Assembly: GCA_046757525.1 (NCBI GenBank)
Contig: JBHHYI010000045.1
Location: 1-26,119, forward strand
Reading direction: 5' to 3'
Source of the DNA: a bacterium
GTDB taxonomy: Bacteria; Zhuqueibacterota; Zhuqueibacteria; Oceanimicrobiales; Oceanimicrobiaceae
Length of the DNA: 26,119 nt
This document shows positions 13,451-24,207 of this stretch, piece by piece (the first letter of the stretch is position 1; every line of letters begins with the position of its first letter). The position numbers were made by a program, and so were the translations under genes. The notes beneath the pieces were generated by a model. That model was given only the letters and a program-made list of their open reading frames with translations, searched no databases and was not told the origin of the DNA.

Positions 13451-15490
13451 ATGAGTAAACAGCGATGGTGTTGCGCAATTTTAATTGGTTTGTTGGCGAC
13501 CTCCTTATTCGCTCAACAACCAGGCAACGGCGCACAAAAATACTGGGTTTTTTTTAAGGACAAGAATCCTGCTGGCCTGGCGAAAATGTCGACTGCGATG
13601 CGAGAGGCGCGGGCAAACATCAGTGCGCGCGCCCTGAGGCGCAGGAACAAGGTTCAGCCGCGCGACCAGCTCATCGACAAATACGATTTGCCGGTCGGGC
13701 AGGACTACTTGAGCACTTTAGAAAGCCTGGGGCACCGCCCGGTGGTCATCTCCAGATGGCTGAATGCCGTCAGCATTTGGCTACGCGATTCTGAAAAGGA
13801 AGCGATTCAAGCACTGCCGTTTGTGAGAAAAGTACAATTGGTGGGCAAATCTGTTTTGAGGCCGAAACCGGAAGCTCGCCAAATGGCACCACCGGAAGTC
13901 CTGGAAAAGCCAGCCGCCAATACTTTTGACTATGGCCAGTCGTTTACCCAGAATGAGTTGGTTCGTGTTCCCGAGGTCCATGATTTAGGGATTACAGGTT
14001 CCGGCGTCCTCATCGGCATGTTGGACACCGGCTTCAAATTCAGAGATCACGAAGTTTTTGCCAGAATGCGAATTTTGGGGGAATTCGACTTCATCCACAA
14101 CGACGACGTTACGGAGAATGAAGCCGGGCAGGATGTTCCGGAGCAGCACGTCCACGGCACGGAAACGCTCTCTGTAATCGGCGGCTTTAAAGAAGGCAAG
14201 CTCATCGGCCCTGCTTTTGACGCCAGCTTTTTGCTGGCAAAAACCGAAATCTTTGAAAAGGAAATACCGCAGGAAGAGGATTTCTGGATGGCTGGTATCG
14301 AATGGCTGGAGAATCAAGGGGTCGATGTGGTGTCCAGTTCACTGGGCTATCTGGACTTCTACACTACCGCCGACATGGACGGCAACACGGCCGTCTCCAC
14401 CCTTGCTGGCGACATTGCGGTGAGCAAAGGGGTGGTGGTGGTCAACAGCGCCGGCAACGAGGGGCGCCCGGGAAATCCCTGGCAGATCATCATCGCTCCG
14501 GCAGACGGCGACAGCGTGATCGCCGTCGGCGCCGTGACCCCTGACGGGAGTCGATCGGATTTCAGTTCCCTGGGGCCCACCGCCGACGGCCGCATCAAAC
14601 CCGATGTGGCAGCCATGGGCTCCGAGGTGATTGGCGCATTCCCTTCTTCCGACAAGATGCCTTCCCCTTTCACGGTTATCTTCGGCACCTCTTTTTCTTG
14701 TCCCATGGTCGCCGGCGTGGCAGCGCTCATCCTTTCTGCCCACCCCAATCTGACGCCTTTAGAGGTGAGGGACGCCTTGCGCCTGACGGCCAGTCAGGCC
14801 AGCAATCCGGACAACCTATTGGGCTGGGGAGTGATCAACGCCTATGACGCGGTCTTGTTTCACGGCACCGCTTTCAGCAATATGCCCGAAGTGTCTGTAA
14901 ATAGTAATAGATCGGTGGATATCAGCATTAAGGTGGCTTCCAGATTTGGCATCGATCCCAACAGCGTAATTTTGTTTTACCGTAAATCCAGCGACAACAT
15001 CCAAAACGAAACGTTGATGACTCAAGGATCCGAGAAAAATCAATTTGTCGCCACCATTCCCGAAATCGGGGCTGGTGAGGTTTTGAGATTCTACTTTGCA
15101 GCAACAGATTCCAACAACACCACCTCTTTTCATCCTTTTATGGCGCCAGATTCAACATTTTTGTTGACCGACGCGGTGCTGAAAGTTCCGGGCGGTTCCA
15201 GCCCGCCTTCGTCGTTTGTCCTGAGACAAAACTATCCCAATCCCTTTAATCCCAGCACCACCATTGAATACGATTTGCCGGTGACCAGCAAGGTCAGTCT
15301 GGTGGTCTACAATCTATTGGGGCAAAGGGTTCGGACCCTGGTGCTTCAAACCACACAAAGCGCCGGCATGCATAAAGCTGTGTGGGATGGAACCGATGAT
15401 AATGGAAGACTTGTTGCCGGCGGCATTTATTTTTACCGACTTAAAGCCAATGATTATTCGTCGGTAAAAAGACTGTTAATCGTTCGTTAA
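13451..15490 (+). CDS. Secreted S8 (subtilisin-like) serine peptidase with FlgD-Ig/T9SS-type C-terminal domain
   Basis: Signal peptide; catalytic D (MLDTGF), H (HGT), oxyanion N (SAGNEG), S (GTSFSCP); C-terminal QNYPNPFNP...WDGTDDNG...YFYRL. Confidence 0.95.
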   Translation: MSKQRWCCAILIGLLATSLFAQQPGNGAQKYWVFFKDKNPAGLAKMSTAMREARANISARALRRRNKVQPRDQLIDKYDLPVGQDYLSTLESLGHRPVVISRWLNAVSIWLRDSEKEAIQALPFVRKVQLVGKSVLRPKPEARQMAPPEVLEKPAANTFDYGQSFTQNELVRVPEVHDLGITGSGVLIGMLDTGFKFRDHEVFARMRILGEFDFIHNDDVTENEAGQDVPEQHVHGTETLSVIGGFKEGKLIGPAFDASFLLAKTEIFEKEIPQEEDFWMAGIEWLENQGVDVVSSSLGYLDFYTTADMDGNTAVSTLAGDIAVSKGVVVVNSAGNEGRPGNPWQIIIAPADGDSVIAVGAVTPDGSRSDFSSLGPTADGRIKPDVAAMGSEVIGAFPSSDKMPSPFTVIFGTSFSCPMVAGVAALILSAHPNLTPLEVRDALRLTASQASNPDNLLGWGVINAYDAVLFHGTAFSNMPEVSVNSNRSVDISIKVASRFGIDPNSVILFYRKSSDNIQNETLMTQGSEKNQFVATIPEIGAGEVLRFYFAATDSNNTTSFHPFMAPDSTFLLTDAVLKVPGGSSPPSSFVLRQNYPNPFNPSTTIEYDLPVTSKVSLVVYNLLGQRVRTLVLQTTQSAGMHKAVWDGTDDNGRLVAGGIYFYRLKANDYSSVKRLLIVR

Positions 15491-15515
15491 CCGTGGAGCA
15501 TACCGTCAAGAGCCT

Positions 15516-16430
15516 TTGTTAAAAATCAGCAAAAAAGTGAAAGTCGCTTTAGCCTTAAGCGGGGGAGGCGCCAGAGGCTGCGCCCATATTGGTGTTCTGA
15601 AAGTTTTGCAACGAGAAAACATCCCCATCGATCTAATAGTGGGCACCAGCATCGGTTCGGTTGTGGGCGCGCTTTACGCCACCACAAAGCAAGCCTTAAA
15701 AGTCGAAGAAAGATTCACCCAGTTTGTTACCACAGAGGCGTACAAGAAGAGTGGCCTGGAACTGTTCAAGCGGAAGGAACCCGCCGAGAATTTCTTTGGG
15801 CAGGTGGCCACCTACGTGAAAGAACGCGTCGTGGTCAACTTGGCCCACAGTAAGCCCTCGCTGGTCGGCGGCTGGCGTCTTCGGCAAGCCATGGATTTCC
15901 TCATTCCTGAAGGCCGCATCGAAAAAACCAGGATTCCGTTTGCCGTGGTAGCCTCGGATATCTTAAACGGCCGGGAGGTTCTGTTCACCGAAGGGGACAT
16001 GCGCTCCATCGTGAGCGCCAGCGCCTCCATTCCCGGGTTTCTGCCACCGCGGGAGGTCAACGGCTATCTGTTGGTAGACGGTTCCGTGGTTTGCCCCATT
16101 CCCATCGAACCAGCGCGAGAACTGGGCGCAGATTTGGTGATCGCCATCGATGTGGGGCAAGAGCTCAATGATAAGCCCGTGTTGAACAATGTGATCAATA
16201 TCATCTTTCAGACCAATCACATGACCGCCCGACATTACAATCTGCACTTGCTGGAAAAGGCGGATGTGGTCATTCGTCCCAAAGTTGGTGAAGTGCACTG
16301 GTCGGAATTCAAGCTGTTGAAATATATGGTTGAAGAAGGGGAAAAAGAAGCCTCAAAAGCCATTCCTTTGCTCCGAAAAAAAATCGCAGAAAAAGCCAGC
16401 TTTTGGAAGAATCTGTTTAAAGCGTTTTAG
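15516..16430 (+). CDS. Patatin-like phospholipase (RssA/NTE family)
   Basis: LALSGGGARGCAHIGV, GTSIG nucleophile motif, ASASIPG, VDGS (DGG variant). TTG start. Confidence 0.93.
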   Translation: MLKISKKVKVALALSGGGARGCAHIGVLKVLQRENIPIDLIVGTSIGSVVGALYATTKQALKVEERFTQFVTTEAYKKSGLELFKRKEPAENFFGQVATYVKERVVVNLAHSKPSLVGGWRLRQAMDFLIPEGRIEKTRIPFAVVASDILNGREVLFTEGDMRSIVSASASIPGFLPPREVNGYLLVDGSVVCPIPIEPARELGADLVIAIDVGQELNDKPVLNNVINIIFQTNHMTARHYNLHLLEKADVVIRPKVGEVHWSEFKLLKYMVEEGEKEASKAIPLLRKKIAEKASFWKNLFKAF

Positions 16431-16431
16431 C

Positions 16432-17436
16432 TCAATAGATGCGTCCCTTGGTGTGTTTCTTAGGCGTACCCCAATATAAATCCAGACCAAACCTCACGAG
16501 ATTCTCGATGTTCCCAATTCTGTAAGCAGCGCTCATGCCAACGGTGTATTTGGCGGTGACACCTCTCAGAAAACTCATGCCGAAGCTCCACCGCCGGTTC
16601 AAGTCGGCTGTGCCCAGGTTGTTGGAAAATCCGGCGCGTAAAACCAGGCTTTCAATGACCAGTTTTTCAGCGCCAAGGTAGAGACGATTTGAAGTATCGT
16701 CGTGCAGGGCTTTGCGCAGATCAAAGGCAATCGTCAGGCCGTCCAGGTTATAAGCGCCGCCAAATCGCACGGTGGCCGGTACGCTCTCCGTATATTTGCC
16801 GCTCACTGAGGAATCCCAGCGAAATCGGTTGAGAACGTCACGAACGACGACTCCCAGCCTCAAATGCTGATTGGTGTAGAGTATGTAGCCGAGGTCGATG
16901 GAAAACCCGCTTCCCGAACCGGTCACTTGATCGAAGCCGCCGTCGGGATTATTGCCAAACGAAGCCCAGCGGCTTTTGATGGTAATGCCAAAGGACATTT
17001 GGTCGAGGTAGATTTCCTTATTGCCAATGGGAATATTGGGCAGGGTTAAAGCCAAAGACAACCCAAAAGTATATTCACTCAAAGCATCATCGCCTACAAA
17101 GAGAAAGCCGGCCCCGACGGAGTATCTTGGGCTCAAGGGATAAAGAAGGCCGAAATAGCTGGATGGCACCAAACCGAACAGGTTGGCATAATTGGCGGTC
17201 ACTGAGGGTCTGGAGCCCAGCAACAAACCGGCGGGGTTGGTCAAAAAGGCGCTGGCATCGTTGGAAAGGGCGGTGTAGGCCTGACCCATGCCAGAGGTCC
17301 TGACGCCAAATCCCGCTTCAGAAAAAGCCGCCGGAATGTTGGAGAGACTCTGAGAATGGAGTTGCCCCTGGCAAAGGAACAAGGCCATCAGAATGGCTAA
17401 AATGGCTGCGAGGTTCTGTTTTTGAGTGTGCAACAT
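16432..17436 (-). CDS. PorV/FadL-like outer-membrane beta-barrel protein
   Basis: RBS GGGAG; signal peptide; family plug motif GVRTSGMGQAYTALSNDASAFLTNPAGL; alternating beta-strand pattern. Confidence 0.85.
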   Translation of the reverse strand: MLHTQKQNLAAILAILMALFLCQGQLHSQSLSNIPAAFSEAGFGVRTSGMGQAYTALSNDASAFLTNPAGLLLGSRPSVTANYANLFGLVPSSYFGLLYPLSPRYSVGAGFLFVGDDALSEYTFGLSLALTLPNIPIGNKEIYLDQMSFGITIKSRWASFGNNPDGGFDQVTGSGSGFSIDLGYILYTNQHLRLGVVVRDVLNRFRWDSSVSGKYTESVPATVRFGGAYNLDGLTIAFDLRKALHDDTSNRLYLGAEKLVIESLVLRAGFSNNLGTADLNRRWSFGMSFLRGVTAKYTVGMSAAYRIGNIENLVRFGLDLYWGTPKKHTKGRIY

Positions 17437-17448
17437 CTTACTCCCAGG

Positions 17449-20400
17449 CTATTTGATTAACACCACAGATTTCATTTCATCCCTTTTGTCGGCAGGGTCC
17501 TCGACAATCAAGCGCACCAGGTAGCGGCCGTTGCGGGCCAGGCTGCCGTTGTCGGTCTTGCCATCCCAGTACACGGTTGAATGCCCTCTTGGAAAAGGGG
17601 TCTGGTCGTGCAACAGCCGGACTAAATTGCCTTCCAGATTATATATTTTAATTGAAAACAAGGGATTGGGGGCAGCACTGGACGAGAGATCAAAATCGAT
17701 TTTTAGACCCGGGTGCCCATCTATTTCTTGAAAGGGCGAGAACGGATTGGGGTACAGGGCAATATTCTCGATGCGCAGCGGTTTAGAGATGGCCAAGGAA
17801 GTGTATTCGCCGGTTTCGAAGATGTTGGTTTCTAAGCGGTCGTTGCCCATATCTCTGGAGAAGAACAACACCCATTGGCTTTTTTCTGCATCCCATTTAG
17901 CGATAAAGGTTTGTTGGCCTTGAGCATTGGGTGGTTTTGGCAGCATGAGCTTTATGGGTGAATTGACCACGATTTCTCCGGAATTGTTGGCGATGGTGCC
18001 GTTGAAAGTCAGACCGGCGGGTTTGAGCACATAGGAGGAGTCCGAAGTGAGGATTTCAGCACGTCCTTTTTTGGCCGGCGCTAACGGTTGTTTGATCAAG
18101 AGCATTTCTTTTCGGCCCAGCACCGAGTTTTTGCCTACACCCAGCTCCAGACCGCGGCTGTCAAAGAGCACGGTTTCGGTGGTGGAATCGATGGTGGCGA
18201 AAACCTCCACACTCAGGGCGCCGCTTACACCGCTGATCGGGTCTGTCGCGCTAATGGTCAGGGCTCCAAAAAAGTCGGGATTCAGGTGCAGACAGCCCAG
18301 TGTATCTATGGTGGCAGCACTGCTGGGAACGTTCACACTCCATTGGGGATTTCCAATGTTCACCGGGCGATTTTGGACATCCCGGGCCGTGGCTTTGTAG
18401 CAATGTTCGAGCAAATTAGAGATGGAGGGCTGCACCGAATTGTCGACGCGTTGAATGGAAATAGACTGGATCGTCTGCGCCTCCAGAACAAAATCGATCC
18501 CCGTGAATGTGGAGTCTTGCACCAGTTGCAGTTGCACCAGACCGGGAACGCTGCGGTAGTTGAATTCGATGGGCCGGATGATGTAGCTGTCAGCGATAAG
18601 CTTCAGCAGGTAACTGCCCGAGGCGTCGGTGCGGACGGAGCTTGTTCTGCCTGTTGGACCATCAGGGGTCGCCTGAATTTTGATGTTCTCCAAAGGCACG
18701 CCGGTGGTGTCGGTTACCTGGCCGGTGACGAACGCAAACCTTCGCAGCAGTTTGATCACAAGGTTGGTGTCGCCCGGCGCCCGGTTTTGAACGGTTTCGG
18801 CGAAATAACCCGTTTTTGAGGCCGTTACATCGTACAGGTCCGAGGGAACCAGCGAGGACAGCAGAAATCTACCGGCGGAATCGCTGATGGCTATGCTGCG
18901 ACTGCCGGACTGATTGATCGCATCTAACTTGGCGTTTTCTATGGGTTCGTCGGTGTCTCGATCCAGAACCGTGCCGGCTATGATGCCGTTTTTGTTCACC
19001 AGCAAGAAATCAACGCCATCCGTATTGGGTGCAACGTTGCTGATTGGCGCCGGTGTTACGAACCCGTCCTTAAAGGCAAACACCTTGTAGGTAGCGTTGG
19101 GAACCACAGGAAGGTCGGTGAGCGAATAGTTGCCGGACTGATCCGTGCTGGTGGCAAAGAACGCTCCCGGATTTTCGGAAAACTCTGCCTTGACGGTCAC
19201 TGCCGGGATGCCGCTGTTGTCCTGGGAATCGCGCACGGTACCCCGAATGAAGCCGTCTGCCGGAAACAGGGTCAGATTCAGGGTTACCTGTTCGTTGCCC
19301 TGGAAGAAATGGGTCGCACTCTTGCCGAAGAAGCCACTCTTGGTGGCCTGGATCCTGGCGATGCCTGGATATATTTTGGTGATGCGGTAAGATCCGTCTG
19401 CGGCTGAAGTGTCTTGCAACGTCTGGTCAGGGTTGGTCAAAGAAACCATTGCACCGGAAACAGGCGCCCCGGCACTGTCGCTGACCACTCCGCTAACCAG
19501 GGCAAAGTCATCCTGGAGGATGAAGTTAATGCTGCCTAACGAATCGCCGTCGCTGATGACCAATGTGGTATCGGCGTCTTTAAACCCCAGGTGGCTGGCC
19601 ACCACGCTGAAGATGCCGCCGTTTAGACACAACTCGTAATATCCGGAGACCTCCGAAGTAGCCGTAAAGACCGTGTCACCGAGAGCCCGGATGTCAGAGC
19701 CTTCGATGGCATCGCCGCGCACATCTCTGACAAAACCGGTGATGATGCTTTTCAGGGCTTGCAATTCGATGGCCAGTTGCTTGGCCTCGCCCGCTTGCAG
19801 TTCCACCGGTACAGTTTTGGAAAAGTGACATTCCTTGCTGGCTGAGATGGTGTAGCTGCCTGGCGCGATTTCAAACTTGAATTCACCGTTTTCATCGGTG
19901 AGTTGCTGCACGTCCAATTCTAAGATTTCCACTATGGCGTCCGGAATCGGCATGACCCCATCGGTCACCCGACCCTGGATGATGCCAGAGAGCGGCTGCA
20001 GGAGAAAGTTTTGGTTGAACAAGGTGTCCCCGGAGGTGGTGGTCACAGACAGCGGCCCGTTGCTGCCGAATCCCGGGAAGGCTGCATCGATCTGGAATTC
20101 GGTGTCCGGCGGCAGACTCAACACGTAAATGCCGTTGGCGTCGGAATGGGTGAACCTGGTGGTGTCTTGCAGCACAAAAATTTTGGCATTGGCTACGGCT
20201 TCAAAACTCTCCACATTGATCACGCTGCCTTTAACGAAGCCGGCTTCGGTCAGCGCAAAATCTTGCACCAAAGTCTGACCCTGAGCGATCGTAATGCTTT
20301 TGCGAACCGCTAAAAAGTTTTGGCCCGAAGCAACCAACTCGTATTCGCCCGGGTCACGCAGGCCGAGGGCGTAGTGGCCCTGAACGTCTGAGGTGGCCAC

Positions 20401-22392
20401 CTGCACTCTTTGGCCCGTGTCTTTTTGAAAGGCTTCAACGGTTGCACCCGAGAGACCTTTGTCTCTAAAAGTAATCTTACCCGTTACCAGACTGCCGGAA
20501 AAGAGCAGAAACGGTACGGAAACCTGTTGATTTTGACTTAGTCTTAGGTTGAATTCCGGTGGAGAGGCAAAAAAGCCCTGGGGGTCAAGCATGATTTTCC
20601 AGCTCCCTGGACCCAGGGTGAATTGGTAGCCCCCTTGGCTGTTTGTGGTGGTCTCAAAAACGATTTTGCCCTTCTCGGCGCGAATGAGTGCGTTCTGCAG
20701 CGGCTGGCTGTCCCGGGCGAAGGTAACCTCCCCGGAGACCACGTTGGTGGCTTTCCTCAACACCACGGGTTCGATTACCGCAGCGGCGCTGTCCTGCAAG
20801 GAAAGGGTTCGCGTCTCGGAAGCCGCGAAGCCAGCCTTGTAAGCAAAAAGGTTCCAGTTGTTGGGAACCACAGCAAATTTAAAGTAACCCGCATCGTCGC
20901 TTCTGGTTTTGTCAACCAGGCTGCCGGACTGAATCAGCACGGTGGCGTTGAAAATCGCATTGCCGGATTCGTCCACAATGCGACCGGAGATGGTGTTGGG
21001 ACTTCTGTCGATTTGGATGTTGATGAAAACCGTGTCGTTGTTCGGCACCTTAAATGATTGGACCGGTGTGGTTTTAAATCCCGTTCTGGATGCCGTGAAG
21101 GTGTAATCTCCGCTGGGCAGAGCTTGTTTGGCAAAGCCCGTCGAGTCGGTGAGAAACGGCAGCAGATTCTTCTCATTGGCTTCGTTGCGAACTTTGAATT
21201 CGACTCTTGAGAGGGGGCCTTCTTTGGAAGTAACGAAGAATTTGGCCCAGCCTGCCGGCCCTTCATAGTCGAACCGCCGCCATTCGTCGGATGCGATGGC
21301 CCCGCCGTTTTCAGCCACTACGCGCCAGTGGTAGCGCCCTCGGACTAAAAAGCCCCTGGCCTTAAGGCGGATTTCTGTGCCTGTGGTGATCTGACTCCAA
21401 ACGCTGAAGTCGATATCGCTGCTTTGAAACTCCCTGCCTTCGTACAAATACAGGCGGTAGCGTGTAACGTTAGGAACCGCGTTCCAGGTGAAGACGATTT
21501 CATCGTCGGTGACCTTGGCATCTTTGGCCGGCTGAAGCAGTTCGGGTGCCTGAGAAAGGTCCGTTCTGGTGACTTCAAAAAAGGCGGGCGCAACCGGGGC
21601 TACTTCACCTGAGATCAATTCGGACGTGGGCCCGTAGGCGTTCAACACGAGCCAATTGTATTCGATGTTTTCGAACAGCGGCGGCGTGAACGCGTTGACG
21701 AAGGTGCCCGAGGGGTCAGGTTCGGCAAATTTCATGGCCGTGTTGGGGGTAATGATTTGCCAGGTCAAATTGAGCCCCGTTAGCCCGACCACCTTGCCCT
21801 CTGCGTTGCGGTCAATGGAAAGCGGACCCTCGGAGAGGAAGAGAAAGTAATAGGGCACGCCGGAGACCGGGTCCCACCGGAATAGAGGCGGTCCATCATC
21901 GACGTTGACCATGCCACGAGGGGCCTGGGTGCTGGGGGCAACATCGGCCTGCACCAGTAGCTTGAATTCTACTGAGGTGAGGTTGGGATCGTTGTCCGAC
22001 ACCAACATACAATAATAAATCCCCGTACTAATGCCTTCTTTGGCAGGGTTCATCGGCAGCTTGCCGCTGCCCCTGGCGTTGAACTTGTTGGGGTAGTTGG
22101 AGAGAATCCTGCTGCCCGGGCTGGTACCGTAAAACAAGGTACACGGAATTTTGGGTTCCCAGGTAATGGCAAAAACGTCCTTGGGGTCGTCGTTCAAGAA
22201 AAAGCCTCGGCGTACTTTGGTCAAGGTGATGCCCGCACTTAGATTTTCTGGACTCTCCACAACCTCCGAATTGATCGTGGCAGGACGGAATGTGAAATGA
22301 GAATTTTTTGCGCCTTGCAAATATGCTGAATCTACATGGACAAAAAAGAACAAAGCGGTCAGAACCAAAGATATTTTCTTGTGAGAAATCAT
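17449..22392 (-). CDS. Large secreted/surface protein with ~11 carboxypeptidase-regulatory-like beta-sandwich repeats and FlgD-Ig C-terminal domain
   Basis: Signal peptide MISHKKISLVLTALFFFVH (alternative TTG start at 22410); two Fn3-like modules; repeats of the type ISGxVxDxxGxPIxxAxV...TDxxGxY; C-terminal LYPNPFSP...WDGKTDNG...GRYLVRL. Confidence 0.9.
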   Translation of the reverse strand: MISHKKISLVLTALFFFVHVDSAYLQGAKNSHFTFRPATINSEVVESPENLSAGITLTKVRRGFFLNDDPKDVFAITWEPKIPCTLFYGTSPGSRILSNYPNKFNARGSGKLPMNPAKEGISTGIYYCMLVSDNDPNLTSVEFKLLVQADVAPSTQAPRGMVNVDDGPPLFRWDPVSGVPYYFLFLSEGPLSIDRNAEGKVVGLTGLNLTWQIITPNTAMKFAEPDPSGTFVNAFTPPLFENIEYNWLVLNAYGPTSELISGEVAPVAPAFFEVTRTDLSQAPELLQPAKDAKVTDDEIVFTWNAVPNVTRYRLYLYEGREFQSSDIDFSVWSQITTGTEIRLKARGFLVRGRYHWRVVAENGGAIASDEWRRFDYEGPAGWAKFFVTSKEGPLSRVEFKVRNEANEKNLLPFLTDSTGFAKQALPSGDYTFTASRTGFKTTPVQSFKVPNNDTVFINIQIDRSPNTISGRIVDESGNAIFNATVLIQSGSLVDKTRSDDAGYFKFAVVPNNWNLFAYKAGFAASETRTLSLQDSAAAVIEPVVLRKATNVVSGEVTFARDSQPLQNALIRAEKGKIVFETTTNSQGGYQFTLGPGSWKIMLDPQGFFASPPEFNLRLSQNQQVSVPFLLFSGSLVTGKITFRDKGLSGATVEAFQKDTGQRVQVATSDVQGHYALGLRDPGEYELVASGQNFLAVRKSITIAQGQTLVQDFALTEAGFVKGSVINVESFEAVANAKIFVLQDTTRFTHSDANGIYVLSLPPDTEFQIDAAFPGFGSNGPLSVTTTSGDTLFNQNFLLQPLSGIIQGRVTDGVMPIPDAIVEILELDVQQLTDENGEFKFEIAPGSYTISASKECHFSKTVPVELQAGEAKQLAIELQALKSIITGFVRDVRGDAIEGSDIRALGDTVFTATSEVSGYYELCLNGGIFSVVASHLGFKDADTTLVISDGDSLGSINFILQDDFALVSGVVSDSAGAPVSGAMVSLTNPDQTLQDTSAADGSYRITKIYPGIARIQATKSGFFGKSATHFFQGNEQVTLNLTLFPADGFIRGTVRDSQDNSGIPAVTVKAEFSENPGAFFATSTDQSGNYSLTDLPVVPNATYKVFAFKDGFVTPAPISNVAPNTDGVDFLLVNKNGIIAGTVLDRDTDEPIENAKLDAINQSGSRSIAISDSAGRFLLSSLVPSDLYDVTASKTGYFAETVQNRAPGDTNLVIKLLRRFAFVTGQVTDTTGVPLENIKIQATPDGPTGRTSSVRTDASGSYLLKLIADSYIIRPIEFNYRSVPGLVQLQLVQDSTFTGIDFVLEAQTIQSISIQRVDNSVQPSISNLLEHCYKATARDVQNRPVNIGNPQWSVNVPSSAATIDTLGCLHLNPDFFGALTISATDPISGVSGALSVEVFATIDSTTETVLFDSRGLELGVGKNSVLGRKEMLLIKQPLAPAKKGRAEILTSDSSYVLKPAGLTFNGTIANNSGEIVVNSPIKLMLPKPPNAQGQQTFIAKWDAEKSQWVLFFSRDMGNDRLETNIFETGEYTSLAISKPLRIENIALYPNPFSPFQEIDGHPGLKIDFDLSSSAAPNPLFSIKIYNLEGNLVRLLHDQTPFPRGHSTVYWDGKTDNGSLARNGRYLVRLIVEDPADKRDEMKSVVLIK
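18480..21252 (-). repeat. About 11 tandem, diverged ~85-aa protein repeats (approximate bounds)
   Basis: Units begin GWAKFFV, NTISGRIVD, NVVSGEVTF, SLVTGKITF, GFVKGSVIN, GIIQGRVTD, SIITGFVRD, ALVSGVVSD, GFIRGTVRD, GIIAGTVLD, AFVTGQVTD. Confidence 0.8.
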
Positions 22393-22457
22393 CGTTGTGT
22401 TGTTATCCAATGCAAAACAGGACGCAGCTTTTGGTTCGCAATATTGTTTGAATTTCC

Positions 22458-24077
22458 TCAGAGTCGATAGGAAGTTGAAAAACGCAAGAATGAGGAATAG
22501 TAGGGGCTGACGATATAATCCAGCCGAAAACGCGAAGAAATCTTGAAGCCACCGCCTAACGAAAACAGGGGGATCAAGAATTTTTTGTTTGCGCCGATTT
22601 TGGGCTCAGCTTTGGAATCGACCACCTCTTTGTCGAAGGTTTCGCCGAACACCACGCCCAGTCCGAGAATGAGCTGCTCCACACCTATGCCTAACCTGAA
22701 CGTGCTGCCTAAGTTGACGCCCTGGTGGACATTGCCGCCTTTGATCTTTACGTTCAAGCTGTCAAATTGCTCGTAGGCCAACTTGTACCCGGCATGATCG
22801 AAATGTTTAACATAGACTAACGAGGCTAAATAATTTTGCCAACGGGTTGAAAAACCCAGACTGAGCGACCCGGGCAGCTCGAATTCCATGCCCGGCACTT
22901 TGGTAATACGTTTTTCCGTCTTGGTCAGGTTGTCTTCCACCAGGACGTCGATGTCAAACACTTCTTCGTCTTCGCCAGCGCCGAGATTGAGAGCACGAAT
23001 GTTGTTGTGCACCATGGAAAAGGGGCCGGACACCGAAATGCTCATGGGCATCACAAATACCGCATCCAAGCTTAAGTCGGGATTTACATGATATCCCAGA
23101 CCCCAACGAAATCGAAAGCCGCTGCCTTCCCAATTGCCTTTGATGCGCGCATACAAACTGTCGTATTGGATCTTTTGCGGATCGTTGAAGAAGGTTTCGG
23201 TTCCGCTTGCTGAAATGATGCCTTCCGGCAAGGTTGTACCTTCAAAAGTTTGATCGACATTAAAGTTGTCGTAGGCCATGCCGAAGGAGAGATCCGGCGT
23301 TATGCGGGTTCCAAAGGCAACACTGCTGCTCAAGAAGGTGATCTCCAAGTTAAAATTGCCGTTTACGGTTCCGAAAATCCTGTGGGTTACGTCACCATCG
23401 TCGTTTAACGCCACCGCATTGAATTCCGTGCCCGACATGGTGAGCTGGCTTTCCAGACGAAACGGTTCGTGAAAAGCAGCAGCCACCGCGAATACCGGGT
23501 TGCCGTACAAGAAAGCCCCCCCTTTGAGCCCGCCTCGCATATCCAGGGCGCTGTTTACCACGGCATCTTCTACCGTGCCCGGTGCCACCACACCGCTCGG
23601 GGAGTTGTTCTCAGCCGTCTGCGTCAACGCATCGTTGATGCCATTTTCAATTCCCAACAATCCGCCAGGGTCGATTGTAAAAGCAGGGGCCCAATCAAGA
23701 GTCAAGTGAAAACCGTGGGCAAAACCGAGACCGGCCGGATTCCAGGATATGGCTTCAGCGCCTGGATACAGAGTGCTGATGCTTCCCCCCATAGCATCAG
23801 CACGGGTTCCTGAGCTCGAAAAAATCTCCCCGGACCATTTGATTTTCAACCCCAAAATTCCTCCGCGCAAACGGTCGATGCGGCTGTTGTTACTGCTTTG
23901 AGCCTTTAATGCCAGGGGAGTCAATAACAACAAGAACGAAAAGACAACGGCGGTTGACTTCACGGAGTGCGAGAGAATGAGGTCGCTTATTCTCTGCAAA
24001 AGGGTTGAAAAATAAAGTTTGTCGAAGTTACCAATGCGTCGAGCTGAAGGTCGAGTTCCCTTGGGTAATTGCGCCAT
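22458..24077 (-). CDS. FadL/PorV-like outer-membrane beta-barrel protein (large)
   Basis: Plug-like motif GTRADAMGG...AISWNPAGL; amphipathic beta strands; C-terminal FSTSYRL. The alternative GTG start at 23963 gives a cleaner signal peptide (VKSTAVVFSFLLLLTPLALKA-Q). Confidence 0.75.
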   Translation of the reverse strand: MAQLPKGTRPSARRIGNFDKLYFSTLLQRISDLILSHSVKSTAVVFSFLLLLTPLALKAQSSNNSRIDRLRGGILGLKIKWSGEIFSSSGTRADAMGGSISTLYPGAEAISWNPAGLGFAHGFHLTLDWAPAFTIDPGGLLGIENGINDALTQTAENNSPSGVVAPGTVEDAVVNSALDMRGGLKGGAFLYGNPVFAVAAAFHEPFRLESQLTMSGTEFNAVALNDDGDVTHRIFGTVNGNFNLEITFLSSSVAFGTRITPDLSFGMAYDNFNVDQTFEGTTLPEGIISASGTETFFNDPQKIQYDSLYARIKGNWEGSGFRFRWGLGYHVNPDLSLDAVFVMPMSISVSGPFSMVHNNIRALNLGAGEDEEVFDIDVLVEDNLTKTEKRITKVPGMEFELPGSLSLGFSTRWQNYLASLVYVKHFDHAGYKLAYEQFDSLNVKIKGGNVHQGVNLGSTFRLGIGVEQLILGLGVVFGETFDKEVVDSKAEPKIGANKKFLIPLFSLGGGFKISSRFRLDYIVSPYYSSFLRFSTSYRL

Positions 24078-24207
24078 CCCTAGAATAACCGTTAATTCAA
24101 AGTAATTCCATTTTCGTAGAGAACACGCATCGTTAGGATCTGATTCTGGCGTGCCGACTCACACAAGCGAATTCACATAATCTACTAAGAGATTGCAAAT
24201 ATGATAA

